Shown here piece after piece: positions 38,449 to 51,224 of a stretch of 64,000 nt of DNA. The notes under the pieces are model-generated. The model saw only the letters and a list, made by a program, of their open reading frames with translations, searched no databases and was not told where the DNA came from. Positions within the stretch are counted from its first letter, which is position 1. Each line of letters starts with the position of its first letter. The stretch lies in assembly GCA_043228905.1 (NCBI GenBank), contig JBHGNT010000022.1, forward strand, positions 620,001 through 684,000, read 5' to 3'. A program made the position numbers and the translations under genes. This DNA comes from Azolla caroliniana. Its lineage: Eukaryota; Plantae; Polypodiophyta.

Positions 38449-41223
38449 CTATTCTTCGTCCAAAATGTCTAGAATGCTTTGTTCGAGAGGCTCCAATGGT
38501 TCATCTGGAAGTGGTTGTTGTTGTTGTTGCTGTTGCTGCTCTGTTGCTGTCTGCTGCGGCGGGTCCGTTGGTGGTTGTTGCGGCTGCTCCTTCGTTTGTG
38601 GCTCTGACACTGGCGTCTCCGTCGTTGCTCCCTGCGTCGTAGTGGTCTCCGGTTGACTGGTTCCCGGCTGGCCCTCAACCGGCGACGGTTCCTCATCACT
38701 AAGGTTAACCGTTGCCGCTTCCCGTGCTTTTTCTTCCCAAACCCGGGACCGCTCGTAGCTTTCAAACTAGATTTGAGCGTCCAACCTATCATCGTCTAGC
38801 TCAGCTACGAGCTGCCTGACCTGCGCCAGTTGTTCATCTGCCAGGACTTGGAAGTCGTCGGCCAGTTCGTCCCGTATGGTGGTGAAGTCCTCGGAAGTCA
38901 ACGTATAACAATCATCTCCTTCCTTCCGCCGGTTTGCCACATCCGCCCGTAGCAACTGGAGTTCCGCCGCGTTTTGTGCCCACTTTGTCCACCATTTTAC
39001 GGAGCTTTCATCAATCAAGTGTTTTGTCTGATTCAGCCATGCCCGGAGGATGGACTGAATCCGGCTCGTTCCCAATTGCGATTTGGTTTCCGCTGCTTGC
39101 CGTTCCTCCTTCAGTTGTTCGATGAGTTTGACGTTGTCCTCCGCCTGCGCCTTGTAATGCGTCAATTGCCTTTGATATGTGCTTTGTAATTTCTGCAATA
39201 CTGTTGACGCTCTCTCTTTGTCTTCCTGCTGCTGCCTCTGGAGCTCCATCCGGACCTTCTCCGCCTCGTCCAAGCGTCTTGTATTTTCCGCCCGTTCGTC
39301 GGCGATCGCCGTCGCGGCCCGATCAACTGCCTGCTGGAGCTCGGCCATCCGTTCTTTATGCTCCGTTTCCAGCCGTTTGTAGTCCCGGTGCAGGTGCTCA
39401 AAATCATCCGTCTTTTGCTTGAGCCGTGCGTTGATCTGACGACGGGCCCGGTCCTCGCTGTCCTTCTGCTGGCGGAGCTCTTCTTTTAGCCGTTCAATCT
39501 CTGTTTCCGCCGTTTTCCACAGCTTGTCCTTTTCCTGTAGCACTTTGTCTTTCTCCTCCTTTAGCCGGTCGTACGCTTGATGGCCTTTCCGGAGGCTCTC
39601 CTCTGCTCGGCGGAGGTTCTCAGTAGTCTTCTTTAATTCGGCTTCGGCCGCCGTCTTCAATTCTCGTTCACGGCTCCTTAGCGCTTCTTGTGCGGCAAGT
39701 TCATCTCTCAATTTCGCAAGCTCCTGGGTTTGCGCCGCATCTCTCGCCGGAACGGTTTCCGTTGCCGGGGTCTTATTGCTATGTACAGGTCGTTCCGTTT
39801 CTTTATTCTGTACACTTACCAGAGTCACCGGTGATTGGATCCGTATTTTGGCCATCTCTGTCGTGACCTGATCCAAGTCTTTTTCAAGGCACCGGATTCT
39901 GGATCGGGCCGTCTCTAGTTGTTCGGTTGTGACGAGCAACCGTTCGCTTTGCGCTCTTTCTTCCGCCTCAATATACCCCACTGCTCCGGCTATCTGTTCG
40001 CCTATCCACCGGAGCCACAGGCTACCGGTGCCTTGTTGTGTTTACATGGAGGTTTGACAGATGGGCTCACTTGTAGAGGGGTGGTCCCGCCTGGTTGCGC
40101 CGAGTTGCAGTTCCGTTTCTGCCCGTGGACCACCCTGCTGTCCTGGTTCCCCTTGCGCTTCTTCTTGGCTGACCGAGGGAGGCTGCATTAACCTTTCCGG
40201 CTCTAGCGGGATGGGACTTGCCGATGTTGCCAGTGGTGCCGGGGCTTCTGTTTCTGGTGCCATTTGCACCGGTTCCGGTTCCTTCCTTGGTGTGGGAGTC
40301 TCAATATGGGGACCCGGTGTTCCCTCCGTCTGAGGGTCCGAACGTTTCCCGACTGTCTCAACGGTCCTTGCCGACGACCGTCGCTGGAGGTGCTCCGTGG
40401 GCTCCTCCTCTATTTCCTCCTCCTGAGCTCCGACATTGAGTTTTGCCGCCAAGGGGTCCGCTTCTCTATTCACCGGTCGGCGGTGTGTGACCTTTACGGG
40501 CCGTGCCGGTGGTTCCTCTTGCACCTCCGTTGGGCGCTTCCGGCTGCCGCTTCCTGCTGCCGCCTGTTCTGTATCCGCCGCCTTTCCCTTAGTGGCCTTA
40601 GAGGCCAACAACTATTGCCGTTTGGAAGCCGTCCTTGGGGTGCCGTCCGCCACTCTTCCTCGCTTCTTGGGCTGAACGGGCTGAACGGGTGGCACCAGCA
40701 AGGTGAGCCACTGCGTTACGGTGTGCCATATCCTCCGTCCGTCTCGGCCTTCTTTGCCGTCTTTGCCTCTGACGATCTCGATCGCCGCACACAACCCGTC
40801 TGCGATCAATACCGGCCAATCCACCTTGATCCCTTCATAGGTGGCGATGATCATCCCTGCCCGGTTCTGCGGCATGACAGGGGGTCTAGGGTACACGTGG
40901 CCGTATTCATGGAGCACACGAGCAATTTCGCGGAACAACATATCTCCGCCGTGTTATGTCCGGTAGCCCTTGCTAGCTAGAGAGTACTCACCAAAATACC
41001 TGATGAGTTGCTTCGGGGTTGGATTGTCGATCATGAGTATGCCTCCCTCCGGAAGGCCTGTTAACGCTCAAATCGCCTCTGCCGTTATGACCTCTGTATC
41101 AATTTCCTTGATCACTTTGTCGGCTTCTTTGTGTGGCGGTACTTCCATCATCATCAAGAAGCCCTCGAGCCCGTGTTGCTTCAGCCATGTCTCGGCGGCT
41201 TCCGACAACGTTTGTGGGTCCAT
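38449..41223 (-). pseudogene. Extra 3' ORF of element A (globular N-domain, P/E/T-rich linker, long coiled coil, polyQ tail), disrupted
   Basis: Starts MDPQTLSEAA; ORF pieces 40612-40941, 40042-40611 and 38767-39981 align with the element B ORF; ends ..QSILDILDEE*. Confidence 0.85.
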
Positions 41224-41604
41224 GTCTGTGTCGAGGTCGGATGGCGGTGGCGAGGTTGGATGGTGATGAGAGTGAGGTTGAGAAAGAGAGAGTTCAGAAG
41301 GCGGGGGTTCTCTGTGCGCAGGTTCCCGTCAGATGATCTTGCAGCGTCTTGGTGTTTCTGTGCTCCTGGGTTCGCAAAAGTAGAGGGTCTCTACGCGCAG
41401 TGGTTTTTGTCTGTGCATTCTGGCGCCTTTTTCGAGTGTGTGCATGTCGTGTACTAAAATAGCATTATGTCCTGTGGTGGTGCTTTAAATGCCCACTACG
41501 TACCTTTTCGCTCCTCGCTCTTTCATCTATTCATTCCTCGCTTTTGCGTGATTGTATTATTTATTTATTTATTTATTTTAGTTATTATTATTATTAGTGT
41601 GACG

Positions 41605-41819
41605 TCACTTGTCCGTTGGTCCTCTCGAACCCTTACCGGCCTCATTCTCCCCAGTTACCGGCTCGCCTTCTCTGCTGTCTTGGTGGTTGCCGTCGGTCCT
41701 TTGCTCAAACGGGTTCTTAGGGATCGGTCCTCTATATGCCTTCAACCGGAATCCGTTGACCCATTTGCCTAGCATTTCGCCGGCAAGTGTCCCTAACTGG
41801 TAGGACCCATTATACTCCC
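41605..41819 (-). pseudogene. Integrase C-terminal tail of element A, on the far side of the element B insertion
   Basis: EYNGSYQLGTLAGEMLGKWVNGFRLKAY continues WTGPYWLTRE from 51685. Confidence 0.9.
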
Positions 41820-42238
41820 TGTTACCGGCCGGCAAGGAGTCCAAAATACGGAGTGAAGGAATTAATTAAGTATGGTTGTAAATAAGCATAGTATGGACGG
41901 ACGGACTGGAAACGGTATGCCGTTCCAGATCCGGACGGATCCCGAATAGGTGCGATAGGCACCGTTTTGTACTACGGGCCGGAAACCTATTTAAAGGCTC
42001 GGACCCCATTGTAATCGCAGCGGATAATTAATAGAGCGTATGGTGTTTATACTTCTGTGTTGATTTCCGTTCTGTAATTACTGTTATATCTTACGCGTGT
42101 AATTAACAAAAGCGCTCTAATCGTGTAACCTACGTAAGTCGGTGTAATCGTTGAGTCATAATCCTATGCCGTAATCACCCTTTGGTGAAGTGTCTCCGTG
42201 ACACCTTGTGTTAGGCCTTGTCCGGTCAGAGAACAACA
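41820..42238 (+). repeat. 5' LTR of element B
   Basis: TGTT...AACA termini; TATA-like CCTATTTAAAGG near 41986. Confidence 0.96.
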
Positions 42239-42244
42239 CAGTTT

Positions 42245-42254
42245 TGGCGACCAC
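42245..42254 (+). promoter_or_regulatory. Primer binding site TGGCGACCAC (tRNA-Arg(UCG)-like); same motif in A at about 57310-57319 (-)
   Basis: Follows the 5' LTR after a CAGTTT spacer; complementary to ...GUGGUCGCCA-3', the recalled plant tRNA-Arg(UCG) end. Confidence 0.72.
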
Positions 42255-42291
42255 GATTCCTGCTTTCTCGTAGCGAACGACGGCTTAATGG

Positions 42292-45200
42292 ATGACGAGA
42301 CCAACGCACGACCTGGTTACAGACCGAGCTCGACGCCTCGCCGAACGGCAAAGACGGCGTGAGACTTTCCAGCAAGCAGCGCACGAAATTCGCTCGGATC
42401 GTTTGTTCTCCAACGAGATCCGGAGAGTCGCGGAGGAATCTCTTCGGTTACAGCAAACTCGCGACCAGGACGACGGAAGCGGTCTAAGTAGTCTCCGGGA
42501 AACCGAACGCCTCCTCGAGGCGCTGGCAAGCGGAGAAAACGAGGCAGAAGCCTTTTCAGCCTACGAATCGGATTCCGAAGGGGGATACAGCGTGCACACG
42601 AACTACCGGAGCAGCAACGATACCCCCGGCGGCCCGGAGGACGACGGGTCGGATACCGTGCCGACTCCAGAACCGGAACCGTTCGACCAGGGCTATCCGG
42701 AACCGCAAACGGAAGCCGTCAACCCACCAACACCGGAAGTGGAAGAAGCAAAACCACCGACACCAACGAAAGAGCCGGCGAAGGTACCGGAAGAAGAACC
42801 GGTGAAGGAACCGGAAAAAGAACCGGAAGAGGAACCGGAAAAAGCACCGGCAAAAGAACCGGAGAGAAAACCGGAAAGATATCAACAAACGCCACTGAAC
42901 CGCGGCCTAATACTGGACGACGACATGCCGTTCCAATACTCAAAGTATCGCGATGATCCGGACGCGGAAGCGCATGTTCATGCCTTCGAGCAGACATGGG
43001 AAGCAAATCACGCATCCCAGCGACTGACACCGGAGGAAGAAGAACGCTCAAAGATAGCGGAATTCGGGGTCACGTTGGAAGGACCAGCGGCACGATGGCG
43101 GCGGACGCAGGACCCGGCGACCATCACAACCTTTGCAGAATTAAAAGCAAAATTCTTGCATTTTTTCCACAAGGAGGTCGACCAGACGACAATGGTGGGC
43201 CTGTTTTATACGATCCGACAGGAGGCAGGGGAAAGCATTCCCCAATTCGTCATCCGTTTCCAACGAATGCATAGCCAGCTTGCCCGTGCACCCCCGGAGG
43301 AGGAATTACGGACGATATTTTTAAACGCACTTCGGGAACCGTTACACACGGTGTGTACGGTGATCGACTTTCGAGGAAGCACCATTGACCAGGTCATTGA
43401 CCGGGTCAGAGAAATGGAAAAGTCAAGCTCATGGCTTACACTGGGAGCACTGCAATGGGCGTTACCCACCGATGAAGATCTCCGGTTCCGGCAGGCAATT
43501 CAATGCACGATCTGCTTGAATGCCGGACACTCGGCAGTGGAGTGCACCATGCGAACCCAGTGTGTGATTTGTCAATCCAAGAGTCATACAACGGACCGGT
43601 GCGAGTATAATCTGTTAAACCGACAAGCACCACCCGTCCGACGGATCGAGCCAAGAAGCAGCCGAGACGAAGATGAAGATCGTTGGCAAAGAATGAACCG
43701 GTACCGACCGGCACAGGATGTCCGGTACGGAGACAGACAAGAGAATGATGGCCGGTACGGGGATCGGCATGATAACTACGACCGGTATGAGTGATCGGAC
43801 CGTTATCGGGAGTCCAACAGACGACACGAGCAATACGACAGAGACCATTCCCCTGGTTACCGAAGGCACCAGGAGGACTACGGCCGATTTTACGATCCAC
43901 CACGACAGGACTACCAAAATAAAAATAAGAATAATAAGAAATGTAATTTCAAGAAAGGTGGTCACACTAGGGACCCGGAACATGGAACCCCAAGGAGCCA
44001 ACCGGCACAGAGCGCACCACTCACTACGGGACCGACTCCGGCTACCAGCAATGCTGAATCCAGCAATACCCGTAAAGAGTACTGCTACTACTGCAGGCAG
44101 GAAGGCCACTACAGTAACCAGTGCCCGGCAAAGAGCTACGATAAACGACCAGTAGTTAATATGGTGGTTTCGGAAGTGGCGGATGTACAACAAGTAACCA
44201 CACGGTCGAAAGGCATGGCCAAAGAGTGGGAAACACAAGAGGCCATACGAAAACAGGCGACGGAATGGGTGAAGGAAGCCAATGAAAGGAACGTCGCGGA
44301 CGCGGAACGGCAAAAGGCGAATACCATAGGGAGTGCCGGCGGTAGCCACGTAGAAAACGAGACATGGCAAGCACTGCAAGAATGTCAGATCACGTTGCCA
44401 TTAGGAAGACTCTTGCAGCTCGTGCCGCGATTTACGGAAGGACTAAAAACGGTCATGACAGACGGTATAGCCCCACCGGCACCAGTCCTCTTCTCGAATC
44501 CGGAGGAGGGACCGACGGTGGTGGACACTAGTAGTCCGGTGATTACAGCTATTGTCAAAGGGCACGAACTTCCCGGCACAGTAATCGATGGAGGTTCCGG
44601 GGTGAACGTAATAAGCCTCCGCACGTGTGATGCCTTGGGTATACATGAATGGGAGCCATGTCCGTTCTGGCTACGGATGGCGGATACGAGCTCTGTACGG
44701 CCGACGGGCTTAATACAGAAATTGGAGGTCACCATAGGAGGTCACACATTTCACATCTCGGCTGTAGTGCTGCAGCTACAGGCGCAAGGCGCGTACCCAC
44801 TGTTGCTGGGCAGACCATGGTTGAAAACAGCACACATCAAGCAAAATTGGCGGAAAAATATGATTACCTTCTGGCGCGGAAAAGCCAAGGTCCGGGTACC
44901 GACACAACCACGGACGAGCAACGGTAAGGAATGCACACCGCTGTATGCGGAATGCGTGAACATGCTTGAAGGGTTGGCAGACGACGAAGAAGCCCAGTAC
45001 TTGGAGGAACACCCGAAGATCGTACCACTCTTCGAGATTGACGTAGCTGAAGCCGTAGCGCCATACTTGCCGCAGCGGGACGAAACCGAAGCCGAACCAG
45101 ACAAAGATTCGATTCGGGAATTACGGCAAGCACAGGAAGCGTTGGAACGGGAAATGGCCGTTTCCCAACGGGTAAAAACATCCCAGCTCGACGAAGTGAA

Positions 45201-48162
45201 CCTAGGAAGCAAGGACGAATCAAAGCCGGTACACATCGCCAAAGAAATGAAGCCGGAAGATAAAGCGGCGATGATCAAACTTCTCATGGAGTTTCGCGAC
45301 GTATTCGCCTGGTCATACGAAGACATGCGAGGGCTGGACCCTCAATTATATCAGCATCAGATCCACTTAGGCAAGGACGCGAAACCAGTGGCGCAAAGAC
45401 GTTACCGAATGAACCCCAACTACGCCGCCAAAGTGAAGGAGGAAATCGACAAACTCCTAAGAGTGGGCTTCATCCGGCCGGTAAAGAAAGCGACGTGGCT
45501 GAGCCCCATCGTCATCGTCCCAAAGAAGAACGGTAAAATCCGCGTGTGTGTAGATTACAGGAAACTAAATGCATCCACAATTACGGATGCATTCCCTCTT
45601 TCGTTCACGGATGGAGTACTGGATGCCGTCGCCGGCCATGAAGTTTATAGCTTTTTAGACGGGTTCAGGGGATACAATCAAATCCGGATGCACCCTGACG
45701 ACCAGGAGAAGACAGTGTTCGTCACCGAATGGGGGGTGTTTGTGGCCGTAGTAATGATGTTCGGACTAAAAACGGCACCAACAACTTTCCAGTGAATCAT
45801 CATGGAGATCTTCGGCGAATACATTCCAGCCTTCATGCAGGTTTTCCTGGATGACTTTGCAGTCTATAGCCGGGAAAAAGACCATTTGCAGCACCTACGG
45901 TTATGCCTTGAAAAGTGTAGGTTATACCGGCTATGCTTAAACCCAGCAAAATGCATCTTTGGGGTTTCAAGTGGAATCTTACTGGGACACATTGTAAGTA
46001 AGGAGGGCATTGCGGTCGACCCGGACAAAGTAAACGCGATACTAGGGGCACCGGCGCCGAAAACGGCCAAAGCACTAAGCCGATTCTTAGGACAGATCCG
46101 GTGGCACAGCCGGATGCTCCGTCACTTGGCTGACTTGGCTACACCATTACACACCGCGGTACATCGGACACCGTTCCAATGGACGGATACGGAGGATAAG
46201 GCATACAATGCCCTGAAGGTACTTTTGTCGCAAGCACCCGTCGTGCAGCCTCCGGATTGGAGCAAGGAATTTCATGTGTTCGTTGACGCTTCCGACATCG
46301 CTATCGGCAGCGCCTTAATGCAACTTACGGAGCCCAAATGGTACCGGCCGGTATATTACGCCAGCCGAAAGTTGTCCCAAGCGGAGAAGAACTATTCGAC
46401 TACGGAATGGGAGGCCCTGGGCATGATCTACAGTGTCACAAAGTTTCGTCATTACCTATTGGGAAGGAAGTTCTCCTTTCATGTGGATCACTCGGCGCTC
46501 CTGTACTTAGTGTCCAAGGCGTCCCTGACCGGTAAGTTGGCCCGTTGGACCTTGCTGTTGCAGGAGTTCGAATTCGAGATCTTCGACCGGCCCGGAATCC
46601 AGCATGCCGTAGCAGACTACCTGAGCCGGTTAGAGTCCGGAGAATCAGGCGACGAAGTATCGGATGAATTCCCGGACGCGGAGTTATTCCGTATCACCCC
46701 GGAAACGGCAGCGGACGACATGGTGGCATCAGAAGATAGGTGGCTGACAAACATGCACCAGTTCCTAAGCACGGGCCTGCCACCGGAGGAAATGAACCGG
46801 GACGAGAGGAAACGACTGGCGGTGCAGAGCCGCAATTTCTGTCTGTTACGGGACACTCTCTACCACAAGGGAGCAGATGGAATATGGAGACGGGCAGTCC
46901 GTAGTGACGAGAAACAAGTAATCTTACGGGAAGCACACTGTGGGGTTGCCGGAGGACACTATGCCGGGGAAGCGACGGCAAGGAAAGTATGGCAGAGCGG
47001 CTTATGGTGGCCCACGACGTTAAAAGACGCCGTCAAGTATGCTAAGGAATGTGACCTATGCCAACGAATGGGCCAGCCTACGGAGCAAGCACGGATGCCA
47101 CACCAACCGGTACTTCCACTAGAGCCATTCCAGAAGTGGGGGTTGGATTTTGTCGGACCGTTCAAGCCACCGGCAATGAGAACGGGTAATCGTTATGTCA
47201 TCGTGGCAACAGATTATTGCACTAAATGGGTGGAGGCTAAGGCCTTGAGAGACAACACCGCGTCATCCACAGCAAAATTCCTGTACGAGAACATTTGGTG
47301 CCGATATGGATGTCCGATTGAATTAATCAGCGACCAAGGAGGGCACTTCCTCGGCCAGGTAGTTGAAAGCTTAACAACGTTCTATGCCGTGGTCCATAAA
47401 CGGAGCACACCGTACTACCCACAAGCAAACAGGTTAGCAGAGTCAACCAACAAAACGCTCCAGAACATTCTCCGCAAAATCGTCAATGAAAACCGGACGG
47501 ACTGGGATACAAAGCTCCATAGCGCGCTATGGGCGTACCGAACGGCATACAAAACAAGTATCCGGACAATGCCGTTCCGGTTAGCGTTCGGCTTAGAGGC
47601 GGTCATGCCGGTGGAATTTCAGGTACCAAGCTTACGGATCCAACTACGGGAACGGCTGAATGAAAAGGAGTCGGAAGAAATGCGGCTAGCAGCACTATGC
47701 GAACTGGAGGAGCAACGGCTGGCCAGCGTCCTACGCATGGAACTGGAGCAACGACGACGGAAAGCGTTCGTTGACCGTCACCGGAAAGGTAATGAGAAGA
47801 TGTTCGAAATCGGAAAGCCGGTGCTAGTATTCCAAACGAGGATGGGCAAGATGCCGGGTAAACTCCGGTTTAGATGGACAGGCCCGTATTGGCTGACACG
47901 GGAATACAACGGGTCCTATCAATTAGGGACACTTGCCGGTGAAGTGCTAGGCAAGTGGGTCAACGGATTTAGACTAAAGCCCTATAAAGGACCGATGCCA
48001 AGTAACCCGTTTATGCAGCCTACCGGCACTATACCGGGAACTTGTCCGGGAACAGTACGGATGGAAGAAAAAGACGACGGGGAACCCGTAGCAGAGGCGA
48101 AGGAAGACACGGCAACCCGTAAGGAAAACGGTAAGGGTCCGAAGGGACCTACGGATGTGTAA
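42292..48162 (+). CDS. Single gag-pol reading frame of element B with two in-frame TGA nonsense codons (43792, 45793)
   Basis: ORFs 42292, 44161 and 45802 share one frame; three CCHC knuckles; protease IDGGSGVN; RT RVCVDYRKLN..FLDDF; RNase H DASD; integrase HCG..GHY..CDLC, GLDFVGPF, SDQG, WTGPY, VNGFRLKPY. Confidence 0.95.
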
Positions 48163-48555
48163 GATCACATACCGTCATTAAAAAGAAAAAGAAAAAAAAA
48201 AGAAAAAAAAAGAAAAAAAAAAAAGAAATCATTAAAAATCGAGGTATGAACGGACGTGAAAGCAAGGAGCGAAAAGGTACGTAGTGGGCATTTAAGAGCC
48301 GCCACGTTACTTAATACTAAATTGGTACACGACGTGCGCATGCTCGGAAAAGGCGCCAAGATGCACAGAGAAAAAGCAGAACGCATGGAGACCTTTTCAT
48401 TTCGCGAGCCAAGAAGCACAGAAGCACCAAGGCGGTGGATGCTTAGCAAACGCGAACCTGCACTCAGAGAACCCCCACGTTCAGAACTCTCTCTCTCTCG
48501 CTCTCACTCTCATCACCACTCTACCTCGCCATCTTTCCTCGACCTCGAAGCAGAC

Positions 48556-51209
48556 ATGGACCCACAAACGCTGTCGGAAGCGGCCAGGAAATGGCTCAGG
48601 CAACACGGACTGGATGGGTTCTTGACCATCATGGAGGCACCACCGCACAAAGAAGCCGACCGGGTCATCAAGGAGCTCAACACAGAAGTCATCACCGAGG
48701 AAGCGATCCGTGTGCTAACAGGCCTTCCGGAGGGAGGTATTTTTCAGATCGATAACCCAACCTCGGAGCAACTCATCCGATATTTCGGTGAGTACTCTCT
48801 AGCCGGCAAAGGCTATCGAACGCAGGGCGGCGAAGATCCGCTATTCAGGGAGATAGCTCGAGTGCTCCATGAGTACGGCCACGTGTACCCCCGACCCCCT
48901 GTCATGCCAAAAAATCGGGCAGGGATGATCATAGCCACCTATGAAGGGATCAAGGTGGATTGGCCGGTGTTGATTGCAGACGGTTTGTGCGCGGCAATCG
49001 ACACGGTACGAGGAAAGGACGGCAAGGAGGGCCGGAAGCTGTGGCATGCCGTAGCTCAGTGGATAACATTGCTCGCGCCGCCGGTCGAGACCGTTCAGCC
49101 AAAGAAGCGGCCAAGATTATCAGAAGGAAGCACCTCGAAGCCGGCGTCCAAACGACAGTAGCTGCTGGTGTCGAAGGCGACGAAAGGGAAGAAACGGCTC
49201 CCAGAACCGGAGGAGGTGTCACCGGTCCGACCCGTTAAGATAACCATACGGCGACCGGGACAGAAGGAACCGGAACCCTTGACGGCACAGATACATGCCG
49301 TTACCCAGGAAGAGGAAACGGAGGAGCCAGTAGAGCACCTCCAACGACGGTCAAGAAGTAGGACCGCCGGGACAGCGGGGGAGCGTTCAGACCCGCAAAA
49401 GGAAGAAACGCCCCCAACTCAACCTGAGCAAACTACAAGGGAGGAACCGGAACCGGTGCGTATAGAACCGGCCTTGTCGACTTCTAGACAAGAAGTCATT
49501 CCAACGGCTCCGGAAACGGCGAGAACCGGAACTCAACAGCCGGCAAGCCCAGCCAGCACACACAGCGGCCAAGGAGTAGAACCAGAACGGCAGATACAGG
49601 CACTCAGGCCAGACAATTCCACAGTGAACGAGCCGACCCGACCAGTACAGCAGCAAGGCACCAGTAGCATGTGGCTACGGTGGGTAGGCGAGCAGATCGC
49701 CGGGGCGGTCGAGTACATAGAGGCGGAGGAGAGAGCGCACCACGAACGGTTGCTCGTCACAACCGTAGATCTAGAGACGGCCCGGTCCAGAATCCGGAGC
49801 CTTGAACAAGACTTGGACAGGGTCACAAGGGAAATGGCTCAGTTGGCTTTGACAACACAAGTCCAAGCACCGGTGACTCCAGGCAATGTACAGAATAAAG
49901 CGTCAGATCAACCTGTACATAGCAATCAGACCCCGGCAACGGAAACCGTTCCGGAGAGAAATGCGGCACAAGCCCAAGAGCTTGCGGACTTAAAGGATGA
50001 GCTAGCTGCCCAAGAAGCGCTGAGGAGCCGCGAAAGAGAGTTGAAGACGGCAGCGGAGGCAGAACTCAAAAAGACTGCTGAGAATCTACGCCGGGCCGAG
50101 GAGAGCTTACGAAAAGGCCACCAAGCGTACGACTGGCTCAAGGAGGAAAAGGAGAAAATGTTGCAAGAGAAGGACAGGCTCCGGAGAAACGCCGAAACAG
50201 AAGTAGAGCGCCTGAAAGAGGAACTCCGGCAGCTAAAGGACCGGGAGGACCGGAACCATCGCCAGATCAACGACAAGCTCAAACAAAAAACGGAGGAATT
50301 TAAGCACTTGCACCGGGAGTATAAACGGTTGCAAACGGAGCACAAGGAACGGACGGATGAGCTCCGGCAAGCAGTTGATCGGACCGCAACGGCATACGCT
50401 AATGAACAAGCGGAAACCAGAAGACGGTTGGAAGAGGCGGAGAAGGTTCGGACAGAGCTCCTCAGGCAACAGCAGGCAGAAAAAGAAAGAGCGGCGGAGG
50501 TACTGCAGAGGCTGCAGACAACATATCAAGGGCAGCTGACGCGCTACAAAGAGCAGGCGGAGGATACGGCTAATCTCATCAAGCAGTTGAAGGAGGAACG
50601 ACAAGTTGTGGAAAGTAGAGCGCAAATGGGAGCAAGTCGCATCCAGGATATCATGCGGGCCTGGTTGAACCAGACCAAGAGCTTGATTGACAACGGTTCC
50701 GTCAAATGGTGGACCAAGTGGGCCCCGAACGCGGCGGAACTCCAATTGCTCCGGGCCGACGTAGAGAACCGGCGGAAGGAGGGAGATGATTGCTATATGC
50801 TGACTTCCGAAGACTTCACCGGCATAAGAGATGAGCTGGCCGAAGACTTTCAAGCCTTGGCAGAGGACCAACTAGGGCAAATCCGGCAACTTGTAGCTCA
50901 GCTGGACGACGACAGGCTGGAGGCGCAGATCCAGTTTGAAAGCTACGAGAGGTCCCGGATCCGGGAAGAGAAAGCACGAGAACCGGTTACGGTCAACCTC
51001 AGTGATGAGGAACCGTTACTGGAAAGAGACCGGAGGGGATGCCGGAGTCAGAGAAACAAACGGAGCAACCGCCTATAGAGCAGCCGAAGCAGTCTCGGTC
51101 CCAACCGCAACCACAGCAGCAGCAGCAAGCACAGCCGCAACAACCACAACCGGAAGAACAATTGGAAACTCTGGAAGAAAGTATTTTGGACAATTTGGGT
51201 GAACAATGA
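48556..51209 (+). CDS. Extra 3' sense ORF of element B (~880 codons), with in-frame TAG at 49159 and a frameshift near 51020
   Basis: ORFs 48256-49161 and 49168-51078 are in frame; the MDPQ start is conserved with A; long heptad-rich E/K/R/Q region; shifted tail ends ..ESILDNLGEQ*. Confidence 0.85.
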
Positions 51210-51224
51210 AGGGGCCGAGAAGGG

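Noticed and set aside
38396-38656. Antisense ORFs starting MAR(P/L)WDSTLYV in all four gypsy copies (38396, 51260, 60269, 63218)
   Set aside because: Similarity stops after the conserved nucleotide motif and the downstream frames differ between copies; a by-product of the tRNA-like motif and antisense polyQ codons.
43792-45795. Stops between gag/PR and within RT of element B as possible programmed gag-pol readthrough
   Set aside because: Not shared with element A (A has CGA at the RT site); consistent with CpG deamination.
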